DNA of 64,000 nt from an uncultured delta proteobacterium (GTDB taxonomy: Bacteria; Desulfobacterota; Binatia; Binatales; Binataceae): positions 192,001 to 256,000 of the forward strand of contig CAWCDG010000005.1 of assembly GCA_963794325.1 (NCBI GenBank). The letters are read 5' to 3'. Below the pieces are notes generated by a model that was not told the origin of the DNA, did not search any database, and was given only the letters and a program-made list of their open reading frames with translations. This document shows, piece after piece, positions 19,998-28,656 of this stretch. Positions within the stretch are counted from its first letter, which is position 1; every line of letters begins with the position of its first letter. Both the position numbers and the translations under genes were made by a program.

Positions 19998-20891
19998 TGG
20001 CCACCTCTGAACCGCTCGAGCATCGTTCCGATGACGATCGCGCGCCTGAGTTCTACGAAGATCCGTGGGTTGCGCCGCCGTTTCAGCCGATCCGGGCGAT
20101 CGGCGCACTCATCCTGATCGCAAGCGGCTTCGGACTCTACGAATACGTGCTGGTGTCGTTCTGGTCGGTGCCTTGGATGGGCATCCACGATCGAATCCCA
20201 TGGCCCGCATTCGCGATCCTCGCAGCCGCGATCGTGTTGTCGATCGCAGGACTCCGACTCGCGCTGGGGCTCCATTCGCCGCACGCCAAACTCGGATTCG
20301 GCCTGTTCGCATTCCTGGCATGCATCGTAGTCGGAGCAGGCGGCGGCCGATTCGTCAGCTACGCGATGCGCGCGACCCTCAATCCGCCCTTCACATTGAA
20401 GCTGGCGGTCGGACAACGATTCCCAGGTTTCGCGCTTACCGATCAAAACGGCTCGATTCACCACGGCCCGGCTTCTTCCGGCGCCGACGCGACGTTGATC
20501 TATGTCTATCGCGGCGACTACGACCCCTTCGCGCGCTTCGAACTCGCAGAACTAACTGCGCACGGCGAGCGACTTTCGCCGCGCCGGCATCGATACGCTC
20601 GCTATCAGCACCGATCAGGTCGAGCGATCGAAGATGCTTGCAGGATTTCTCCGCACGAGAATCCCAATGCTGAGTGACACCAGCGAATCGCTCGTCGCAC
20701 AGCTCGGTCTCGTGCAACACCATCGCAACGGCGAGCCTGACAACGCGATACCGGCATTTTTTATCGTCGATCGAAATGGCGTCGTGAGATGGATCTTCAC
20801 GTCACCGTACTATCGCGAATTGCCGCGCCCCGACGCGCTCCTCGACGCCGCGAAGTCGATCATCGCATCGCCGCCAGCATCGCCGCAGTAG
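19997..20891 (+). CDS. Membrane-anchored peroxiredoxin/redoxin-fold protein, +1 frameshift at ~20564
   Basis: 3 TM helices then VGQRFPGFALTDQNG, YVYRGDYDPFA; shifted frame gives TLAISTD...PMLSD...AIPAFFIVDRNGVVRW. Confidence 0.75.
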
Positions 20892-21523
20892 CAATCGCAG
20901 GCGAGTCGGCGCCGAATATCGCTCCGATCGAAGCAACCCCCGCCGGCCGCGCAGTCGCATCGGGCGACGCAAACAACTCACTCGCGCGCTCGGGCGTAAT
21001 TCCTCCGAGCGCAAAAACCGGAATCGCGCCCGCGCGGCACGCAGCCTCGAGTCCGCTCGCGCCCCATGCAGGACCTGTGGCTGGTTTCGAAATCGGATCG
21101 AAAATCGGCCCGAAGACTGCGAAGTCAGCACCCTCGCGCGCGGCACCAGACACATCAGGCGGCGAATGACTCGACACACCGATGAGTTTTTCGGTCCCCA
21201 GCAACCGGCGCGCCATACTGACGCCAATCGAATTGAACGGAAGATGAACCCCGTCAGCGCCCGCCGCAATCGCCACATCAACCCGCTCGTTCACAATCAG
21301 CGGCGCCCCCGCCCGACGTACATATCTCGCGAAGCCGGAGCGCCAGCTCATAGAGTTCGCGCGCCGGCAAATCCTTCTCGCGAAGCTGCAACGCAACAGT
21401 TCCAGGCGGCGCGGCCGACAGCGCCGCCTCGCACGCGGTGATCAGATCGCCACCCTTTACAACATGCCGATCAGTAATAAGGTAAAGCCGAAACGTCAGC
21501 CGCGGTTGGCGCAAGTCATTCAC
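20860..21523 (-). CDS. thiE: Thiamine-phosphate synthase, +1 frameshift at ~21316
   Basis: LYLITDR, LQLREK in one frame; LIVNERVDVA, ADGVHL, IGVSSHS, PVFALGGI in the other. Confidence 0.9.
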
Positions 21524-21530
21524 ACCTCTT

Positions 21531-21565
21531 GTTCCCCTTCCCGTTCGGGAGTAGGGGTTAGGTTA
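21531..21565 (-). repeat. Degenerate copy of the hairpin/triplex-type repeat in the thiG-thiE gap
   Basis: Minus strand TAACCTAACCCCTACTCCCGAACGGGAAGGGGAAC; similar to copies at 49671, 51944, 54117. Confidence 0.75.
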
Positions 21566-22354
21566 CCCTATCAACCCCGTCAACGGACTTGATGCGGTCG
21601 CATAAAGCTTCCGCTCGATTCTCCCCGCGCGATACGCAATCCTGCCCGCCTCGACTGCGAGCTTCATCGCTCGCGCCATCGCAATCGGATCCTTTGCGCC
21701 CGCGATCGCGGTGTTCATCAGGACGCCGTCGCATCCGAGTTCCATCGCGACCGCCGCGTCCGACGCGGTGCCGACGCCCGCATCGACGATCACCGGCACC
21801 TTCGCCTGTTCGATAATGATCGCGAGGTTGAATGGATTGCGGATTCCCAGCCCCGATCCAATCGGCGCCGCCAGCGGCATCACCGCGACGCATCCAATTT
21901 CCTGAAGGCGCAAACAGCTGACCGGATCGTCGGTGATGTACGGCATCACCTTGAATCCCTCTTTGACGAGCACGCGCGCCGCTTCGAGCGTCGCGGCGAC
22001 ATCCGGAAACAGCGTCTGTTTATCGCCAATCACCTCGAGCTTCACCAACTCGCCGACTCCAACCTCGCGCGCGAGCCGGCAAGTGCGAATCGCCTCCTCG
22101 GCCGTGAAACATCCGGCGGTGTTGGGCAGAATCTGATACCGCTTTGGATCAAGGTAATCGAGCAGATTTTCCTTGCCGCGATCCGTGATATTCACGCGCC
22201 GCACGGCGACCGTCACGATTTCAGCGCCGCTCTCTTCGACCGCCGCCTTGGTCTCGGCAAAATCGCGATACTTGCCAGTCCCGACAATCAGCCGCGACTT
22301 ATATTTCCTGCCACCTAGTTCAAAGTGTGTATCGTTCATTTTCTCAGTGTCCAT
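21563..22354 (-). CDS. thiG: Thiazole synthase
   Basis: [43 protein letters not shown]. Confidence 0.97.
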   Translation of the reverse strand: MDTEKMNDTHFELGGRKYKSRLIVGTGKYRDFAETKAAVEESGAEIVTVAVRRVNITDRGKENLLDYLDPKRYQILPNTAGCFTAEEAIRTCRLAREVGVGELVKLEVIGDKQTLFPDVAATLEAARVLVKEGFKVMPYITDDPVSCLRLQEIGCVAVMPLAAPIGSGLGIRNPFNLAIIIEQAKVPVIVDAGVGTASDAAVAMELGCDGVLMNTAIAGAKDPIAMARAMKLAVEAGRIAYRAGRIERKLYATASSPLTGLIG

Positions 22355-22381
22355 TCCCTGCGGTAGCGGTACTGAAACGAT

Positions 22382-22600
22382 TCAGCCGCCACCGACGAAA
22401 TTTATTATCTCCACCTGATCCCCCACTCTCACAACCGTCGCGTCGTAATTAGCCTTCGGCACAATCTCGCGATTGATCTCGACTGCGACGCGCCCGCGCC
22501 GCATCTTCAGGCGCTCGAGCAACTCGGTCAGTGGCGTATCGCCGCTGACCGGATACGAGTCCCCGTTGAGTATAATTGAACTTGCGATGGAGTCCGGCAT
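22382..22600 (-). CDS. thiS: Sulfur carrier protein
   Basis: 72 aa, VAVEINREIVP, C-terminal FVGGG. Confidence 0.95.
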   Translation of the reverse strand: MPDSIASSIILNGDSYPVSGDTPLTELLERLKMRRGRVAVEINREIVPKANYDATVVRVGDQVEIINFVGGG

Positions 22601-22662
22601 TATTGAGCCGCTTCCCCGGTGTGGAGAAGCGGCCCAGGCGCAGCCGCGAACGTTGCGCCATT

Positions 22663-22749
22663 GGCTTCCCTACGCCGGCATTACCCGGATCAGGTTCGAG
22701 GGGTTCTCCCGAGGGAGCTCTCAGTGCGTGTTATGCACACCCCCAGCCT
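22663..22749 (-). ncRNA. TPP riboswitch (THI element)
   Basis: Minus strand GCTGGGGGTGTGC...GCACTGAGAG...AACCCCTCGAACCTGATCCGGGTAATGCCGGCGTAGGGAAGC, upstream of thiSGE. Confidence 0.95.
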
Positions 22750-22757
22750 GCGATCCG

Positions 22758-22786
22758 ACTATACGACTCCCGCCGCGAACTGTCAA
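22758..22786 (-). promoter_or_regulatory. Sigma70 promoter of the thi operon
   Basis: TTGACA-17 nt-TATAGT immediately upstream of the riboswitch. Confidence 0.85.
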
Positions 22787-22795
22787 AAATCCGCT

Positions 22796-23355
22796 CTTCG
22801 CCTCTCCCGTCGGGAGAGGATTTAAGGAGAGGGACTTTATTCAGCGCGCGGCTTCGCGCGCGATTCAAGATTTTGGTTCCTTGCGTGCCTTGTGTTCTTC
22901 TCCGAAACTGCAAAATTCCCGCAATCATGCCCTCGTCCGAAGCATCTCACGAAACTGCGCGCAGACTACGCCGTGAGCAAACTCCTGGGGAGCAGGTCCT
23001 CTGGCGGCATTTGCGAACTAAACGCATGTGCAACGTGAAATTCCGCCGCCAACATCCTATCGGTCCGTACTTCGTCGACTTCTGCTCGATTCAACGAAAA
23101 TTGATCGTCGAGATCGATGGCGGACAGCACGCCGAACGATCCGCCGAAGATGAGGTTCGCAGCTCCTTTCTCAAATCGTACGGCTACCGCGTGCTGCGAT
23201 TTTGGAATCACCAGGTGTTGGAGAGCATCGACGAAGTGCTGGCTGAGATCGAGAAATTCCTGGGCGCAGATTCTTCAGAATCTTGAATCGCGCGCGATGA
23301 CGCGCGCTGAATAAGGTCCCTCTCCTTAAATCCTCTCCCGTCGGGAGAGGGGAAC
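22796..23355. mobile_element. Putative 560-bp mobile element: DUF559 endonuclease between ~77-bp terminal inverted repeats, flanked by a 10-bp direct repeat
   Basis: 22796-22872 vs reverse complement of 23279-23355: 6 mismatches in 77; AAAATCCGCT at 22786-22795 and 23356-23365 abuts both ends. Confidence 0.7.
22927..23286 (+). CDS. DUF559 (Vsr-like) endonuclease domain protein
   Basis: ARRLRREQTPGEQVLW, KFRRQHPIGPYFVDF, LIVEIDGGQH, GYRVLRFWN; 119 aa. Confidence 0.92.
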   Translation: MPSSEASHETARRLRREQTPGEQVLWRHLRTKRMCNVKFRRQHPIGPYFVDFCSIQRKLIVEIDGGQHAERSAEDEVRSSFLKSYGYRVLRFWNHQVLESIDEVLAEIEKFLGADSSES

Positions 23356-23457
23356 AAAATCCGCTGCTATGCTTGAGGCTTTGTGGGTGTCGGAATGGCG
23401 GACTCGAGTGCCACTATGCTAATCCGAAATCGATCCCAGGACCTGACAGGAGCCGCT

Positions 23458-24225
23458 ATGCCAGCTGCATCGGAGATCCTTGACCAAATAATCGACGGGG
23501 CGGGATTCGTTCTGATCCCGAAACTGATCGATGCGGCCGATGCGGCGCAGGCGCGCTCGCTGGCATTGGAAGTTGCCGCCTCGCCGTCTGCGGCCTATTT
23601 CGGCAAACTCAACGAAAAGATTCGCCAGCAGCACGTTCGCGGCCTGCTCGCGCACGGCGAGATTTTCGAGCGTCTCGTGCAGCATCCTGCACTAATCGAA
23701 ATCGCCGAGGCGATGCTCGGCGACGACATGACGCTCGGTGCCTACTCCGCACGAATTCTGCATCCGGGAGCGATCGAGATGGGCGTGCATATCGACTATC
23801 CGTACTGGGCGATGCGCGGGCCGTTCACATTGCGGCCGCCGCTCATGATGCAAGTCATTTGGCTGCTGCAGGAATTTACTGAAAAGAACGGCGCAACGCT
23901 GGTCGCGCCGCGCAGCCAATTGCGATGCGCCCGGCCGAATCGCGAGGCCTTCGCGCGCGAGGCCATCAAAATAACCGGCGCTGCCGGCGACGCGATCATT
24001 TCGCATGGATTGCTATGGCACGACACTTCGCAAAATCACACCAACGAGCCGCGCGTCGCTCTCTTGATCAACTACGGTATGAAGGTGATTCGGCCGCTCG
24101 ATTCCGAGATCGCAAAAGTTCCGCCCGCCGTCCTGCAACGCGCGACGCCTAAACTCCGCCAGTTGCTCGGACTGGAATTCGGCAATTCACTCGCCCGCGA
24201 TCTGACCAGAGGCGGCCTGTACTGA
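23458..24225 (+). CDS. Phytanoyl-CoA dioxygenase family (Fe/2-oxoglutarate) protein
   Basis: HID facial motif, NGATLVAPRSQ, GDAII...LWH...PR; AGGAG SD before ATG 23458. Confidence 0.85.
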   Translation: MPAASEILDQIIDGAGFVLIPKLIDAADAAQARSLALEVAASPSAAYFGKLNEKIRQQHVRGLLAHGEIFERLVQHPALIEIAEAMLGDDMTLGAYSARILHPGAIEMGVHIDYPYWAMRGPFTLRPPLMMQVIWLLQEFTEKNGATLVAPRSQLRCARPNREAFAREAIKITGAAGDAIISHGLLWHDTSQNHTNEPRVALLINYGMKVIRPLDSEIAKVPPAVLQRATPKLRQLLGLEFGNSLARDLTRGGLY

Positions 24226-24234
24226 GATGCCCTG

Positions 24235-24735
24235 ATGGAAGAGGCAAAGCTTGGACCGTACGTGGTAAAGCGCCGGGACGGTGGATTGGAATTCGTCCCG
24301 TCCTCGATGCTGGCCATCTTCATGCTCGTGGGATTCAGCGCGGGAGCCGCGCTTTTCCTGTGCATCTCGATTCACTTTTTTCGGCATCCGCTGATGTTGT
24401 TTGGACCAACTCTCCTTCTAGCAGGATGTCTGATTGCCGCGATGGCGATACGCGCCTGGCGCACCCGCGGCACTCCGCTAAAAGTTGAAAATGGAGGCCG
24501 AGTCAGCTACGGCCAACGCGAACTATGCGCCGCAGGCACCGTTCGATGCGTCCGGATCGTCCCCTCGGTCGGCGGCGAAGGAGGCGAGTGCGACGTGCAA
24601 CTGGAGCAGGTAGACGGAAAGTTAGTGTCGATACCCTCGCAATACTTCGCCGGCTTCGGGTCGTACGCGCACGCGCGCCCGTTCGCCGCAGAATTCGCAA
24701 AGGCATTAGGAGTCCAAGTCACTGAATCGCACTGA
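24235..24735 (+). CDS. Hypothetical membrane protein (2 TM + soluble domain)
   Basis: 166 aa, tight operon spacing, two hydrophobic helices. Confidence 0.65.
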   Translation: MEEAKLGPYVVKRRDGGLEFVPSSMLAIFMLVGFSAGAALFLCISIHFFRHPLMLFGPTLLLAGCLIAAMAIRAWRTRGTPLKVENGGRVSYGQRELCAAGTVRCVRIVPSVGGEGGECDVQLEQVDGKLVSIPSQYFAGFGSYAHARPFAAEFAKALGVQVTESH

Positions 24736-24764
24736 CGACGCTGAAGCGGGAGGATGCGCATATC

Positions 24765-26016
24765 GTGATCTCAGAAGCGCTTGCGAAGATTGCCAGGGAG
24801 CGCGGATGGTCCGACGAGTTGACCCATCGGATTGCCGCAGCACGCGTGCCGCTTTCGTCCCTCTATTCATGGACCTGGTTTGAACTTTCGCCCGAGCAGA
24901 CTGCGGCGCAGCTTGGATGGTACGAGCGGATGACGACCGGCGACCTGCGCGGGCGCGACGCTACCTATGCCGACAACGAGGAGTTCTCGGCGATGTGGTC
25001 CGACTCCCCCGAGGAAGTCGCCGGATGGGAAATTATCGTCGAGCGCGGGCCTGACGCTTTCGCGCAATTCAGGCTGCAGCAGAATGTTCAAATTCCGATC
25101 CTGTTGCTCGGTCCTGAAATCGTCGCGTGCTGCGCGTTCTCGCGCCGCAAGGTGCTGATCGATGGGCGCCCCTTCTCGGTGCAATACGGACAGGCGCTGC
25201 GTGTGAGGCGCGCCTATCGCCGGCTTGGCTACGGAGACCAGGTCCGCCGGCTCGCGATGCCGCCGGGAATTGCGCGGCCGTCAGTCGGCCAATACGACAT
25301 CATGCGCTCACAAAACTTTCGCGGTGGTAAATTGGTGGCAGAAGTACAGCCCGCAGTTTTTCGAGAATACACCCACTCGCGAAGGCTCGGTGCCGGGTCT
25401 CTCGATTTCCATTGCGCAATTCCCCGCCGACGCGTGCGCCGATGCCGATCGCGCAATCCGCCCAGCGCGGCGCGAGGATCTGGCCGCGTGCGCGACGCTC
25501 ATTAATCGCACTCACGCCGGTATGGATCTGTTCCGGCCTTACAGCGCAGAGTTTCTCGAAGATGTGCTCGACGAAGGCTTCTGGGGCGATCGGCCGAAGA
25601 CGACCGGCAACCCCCAGATAGACTGGTGGAAGAGCGTTTACGGATGGACCGACTACGTTGTGCTCGAAGAGGCGGGACGTATCCGCGCGTGCGGCGGCCT
25701 GTGGGATCGCGGCCGCGATATGCGCGAGCAGTGGCGTCGTATCGGCGGCGATGAGCATCGCTCGATCGCGATCGGCTGCGTGCTCGATTTCGGATACGAC
25801 GACGGCGCCGAGGAGTGCATGGCGCGTCTGCTCCGACGGATGATCGGGCGCACGCATGAGCTGGGTCGCGACTACCTGGCGATTCCGATCGAGCATCTGC
25901 CAAAGCTGGTCGCGATGATGGAGAAGTCGCGTCCCGAACTCGACACGCGCGCCTTGCGCTGGGGTCTCAAGGAGCCGCCGATCACCCGTCCGTACACGGA
26001 CCTCCGCTATTGGTAG
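24765..26016 (+). CDS. Hypothetical protein, possibly tandem GNAT-fold, +1 frameshift at ~25318
   Basis: LRVRRAYRRLGYG resembles GNAT motif A; LRGRDATYAD and IRPARREDLAACATL resemble GNAT starts; halves join on removing one T. Confidence 0.6.
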
Positions 26017-26047
26017 TCGAGCGCGCCTTTTTTCGCCGAGAGCCGTC

Positions 26048-26533
26048 ATGAGTACCACGCATACAATCATCGTCAACGGTCAGCCGCACCGGGTGACCGT
26101 CGATCACTACGAGACTCCCCTGCTCTACGTCCTGCGCGACGACCTGCGGCTCAAAGGGACTCGCTTCGGATGCGGCAACGGGAGCTGCGGTGCATGCACG
26201 GTGCTGATCGAAGGCCATGCGCAGCGCTCGTGCGAGCTGCCGGTGTGGTCCGTCGAAGGCAAATCGATCACGACAGTCGAGGGCCTCGGCACGCTCGACC
26301 GGCCACATCCACTGCAGCGTGCGTTTATCGATTTCCAGGCCGGCCAGTGCGGCTACTGCCTGTCTGGAATCATCATGACGGCGGCGGAGTTGATCGGAAG
26401 CGGTGGTGAGCCTTCGCGCGAGAAAATCGTCGCGGCGCTTGACGCCAATCTCTGCCGATGCGGCGCGCATACGCGAATCGTCAAGGCGATCGAAGCCGCG
26501 TGGAAAGCGTCAGTCACGGAAGGCGCGCGATGA
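26048..26533 (+). CDS. (2Fe-2S) small subunit, xanthine dehydrogenase/IorA/CoxS family
   Basis: GCGNGSCGACTV, QCGYC, NLCRCG. Confidence 0.95.
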   Translation: MSTTHTIIVNGQPHRVTVDHYETPLLYVLRDDLRLKGTRFGCGNGSCGACTVLIEGHAQRSCELPVWSVEGKSITTVEGLGTLDRPHPLQRAFIDFQAGQCGYCLSGIIMTAAELIGSGGEPSREKIVAALDANLCRCGAHTRIVKAIEAAWKASVTEGAR

Positions 26534-28656
26534 CTCCGGCAAAACTACCGTGGAGCATCGAGGAGAATCCGCTGCTCAGCCAGTGGGTCGATTTCAGCGA
26601 ACCCGGAATCGCGCGAGTGTTTTCAGCCAAGGTCGAACTCGGCCAGGGAATCGTCACCGCGATCGCACAAATCGCCGCCGCGGAACTCAGGCTCCCGATG
26701 TCGAAGGTGGTCGTCGTGTCGGGTGATACGCGTAGCTGCCCGAATGAAAGCTACACCGCGGGCAGCATGTCGATCGAAGTCGGCGGCACTTCCATGCGGA
26801 TGGCGTGTGCCGAGGCGCGCCGTGCGATCGTCGAGCGCGCCGCTATCATGCTCAAGGCCGACGAGTCGCGCATTGCTGCTGAGGACGGGCTTATCCTTCT
26901 CGACGGGGCGCCGTCGAAGCTCGATTACTGGAATGTCGCTCGCGAGATCGATTGGCAGATACCGATCACGGGACAGGCGCCATTCGCTGCGCTCGTGGAC
27001 TCAACTTCGCTCGGCAAGAGCATCGCGCGTCTCGACCTTCCCGCGAAAGTCACCGGCGCCTCATTCATCCACGACCTCGAATTGCCGGGAATGCTGCAAG
27101 GACGGGTGTTGCGGCCGCCGTCCTACGGCGCGCGGCTGGAGTCACTCGACACGTCGGCGGTCGAGCAGATGCCCGGAGTTGTCAAAATCTGGCGCAGCGG
27201 CGATTTCGTCGGCGTCTGCTGCGATCACGAATATCAGGCCGTCAAGGCGCTCGAAGCGATCAGCGCAGGCGCACGATGGTCTGAGAGCGAGGTATCAGCC
27301 GACTCGCGGAGCTGGCGCGAGCTGCTGCCGACGCTTCGCTCGATCGATTCGGAGACCGAGGCCGGTGAGCGTCCGGTCGCGGCTTCAAACCTGCGACGCC
27401 TGTCCGCGACCTATTCGCGTCCGCCGATAGCGCACGCGTCGATGGCGCCGTCGTGCGCGGTTGCGGTTTATGACGAGCGCGGTCTGACGGTATGGACACA
27501 TTCGCAGGGCGTCTTCCCGCTCCGCGGCGCGCTCGCGAACGCTCTCGGAATCGACCAGTCGCACGTCGCGGTGATTCACCAGCAGGGCGCCGGAGTCTAC
27601 GGGCACAATGCGGCAGACGATGTCGCGCTCGACGCTGCCTTGCTCGCGCGCCAGGTTCCGTCGCGTCCGGTGCGTATCCAATGGACCCGCGAGGACGAAC
27701 TCGCATGGTCGCCGCTGGGCTCGCCGATGGCGATAAAGATCGAGGGCACGCTAAGTCCAACCGGCGACATCGTCGATTGGTCGAGTCAGATCTGGAGCGG
27801 ACCGCACGGCCAGCGCCCGCGCCCGCACGGACCCGTCAACCTGCTGGCAGCCGCGCATGTCGATCCGCCGATCCCGTTCCCGGAAGCGTACGAGGTTTTG
27901 TCGAGATTTGCCGGCGGTGCTCGAAATTCCGAGCCGGCATACGACCTTGTTCACCGGAAGATCGTTTTGCACAGCCTGCCAGGCCTGCCATTTCGGACCT
28001 CCGCGCTGCGCACGCTGGGCGGCTACGCGAACGTGTTCGCAACCGAGTCGTTCATGGATGAACTGGCCGATGCCGCGGGCGTCGATCCAGTCGAGTTCCG
28101 CCTTCGCTACTTGTCGGATCCGCGTGCGCGCCGGGTAATCGAGACTGTGATGAAGGTTGCGGACTGGCAGTTCAATGGCGAACGCGGCAAAGGACGCGCG
28201 GCGGGAATCGGTTTCGCACGATACAAGAACACCGCGGCATACGTGGCCGTGATCGCTAACGTTGAAGTTGACCGGGACGTGCGCGTGTCGAGGGTTGTCG
28301 CGGCGGTCGATGCGGGCCTAGTGATCAACCCGAACGGAGTAATCAATCAAATCGAAGGCGGCATCGTGCAATCGATCAGTTGGACGCTCAAGGAGCAAGT
28401 CTTGTTCGACGGCCACCGCGTGACCACCCGCACCTGGGATCAATATCCGATTCTGCGCTTCGATGAAGTCCCGGAACTGGAGGTAGAACTGATCGAGCGT
28501 CCCGACTCGCCGCCTCTCGGCGTGGGCGAGGCAGCGCAGGGCCCGGCCGCCGCGGCCGTCGCGAATGCCGTCGCGAGGGCGCTCGACTTCCGGGTGCGAG
28601 ACCTACCGATTACGCGCGAGCGCATTGTCGCTGCCGGTACTTCCTTTTCGGCCTAG
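26530..28656 (+). CDS. Molybdopterin-binding large subunit (IorB/nicotinate dehydrogenase B-like)
   Basis: KVELGQG, YTAGSMS, AHASMAP, WTHSQG, ALRTLG, NQIEGG, LGVGEA; ATGA overlap with the small subunit. Confidence 0.92.
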   Translation: MTPAKLPWSIEENPLLSQWVDFSEPGIARVFSAKVELGQGIVTAIAQIAAAELRLPMSKVVVVSGDTRSCPNESYTAGSMSIEVGGTSMRMACAEARRAIVERAAIMLKADESRIAAEDGLILLDGAPSKLDYWNVAREIDWQIPITGQAPFAALVDSTSLGKSIARLDLPAKVTGASFIHDLELPGMLQGRVLRPPSYGARLESLDTSAVEQMPGVVKIWRSGDFVGVCCDHEYQAVKALEAISAGARWSESEVSADSRSWRELLPTLRSIDSETEAGERPVAASNLRRLSATYSRPPIAHASMAPSCAVAVYDERGLTVWTHSQGVFPLRGALANALGIDQSHVAVIHQQGAGVYGHNAADDVALDAALLARQVPSRPVRIQWTREDELAWSPLGSPMAIKIEGTLSPTGDIVDWSSQIWSGPHGQRPRPHGPVNLLAAAHVDPPIPFPEAYEVLSRFAGGARNSEPAYDLVHRKIVLHSLPGLPFRTSALRTLGGYANVFATESFMDELADAAGVDPVEFRLRYLSDPRARRVIETVMKVADWQFNGERGKGRAAGIGFARYKNTAAYVAVIANVEVDRDVRVSRVVAAVDAGLVINPNGVINQIEGGIVQSISWTLKEQVLFDGHRVTTRTWDQYPILRFDEVPELEVELIERPDSPPLGVGEAAQGPAAAAVANAVARALDFRVRDLPITRERIVAAGTSFSA

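Noticed and set aside
20510-20540. Selenocysteine in the redoxin motif
   Set aside because: Codons are GAC and GCG; there is no in-frame TGA
22576-22926. 236-aa extended version of the DUF559 ORF
   Set aside because: The extension runs antisense through the riboswitch and thi promoter and across the TIR; family similarity starts at ATG 22927
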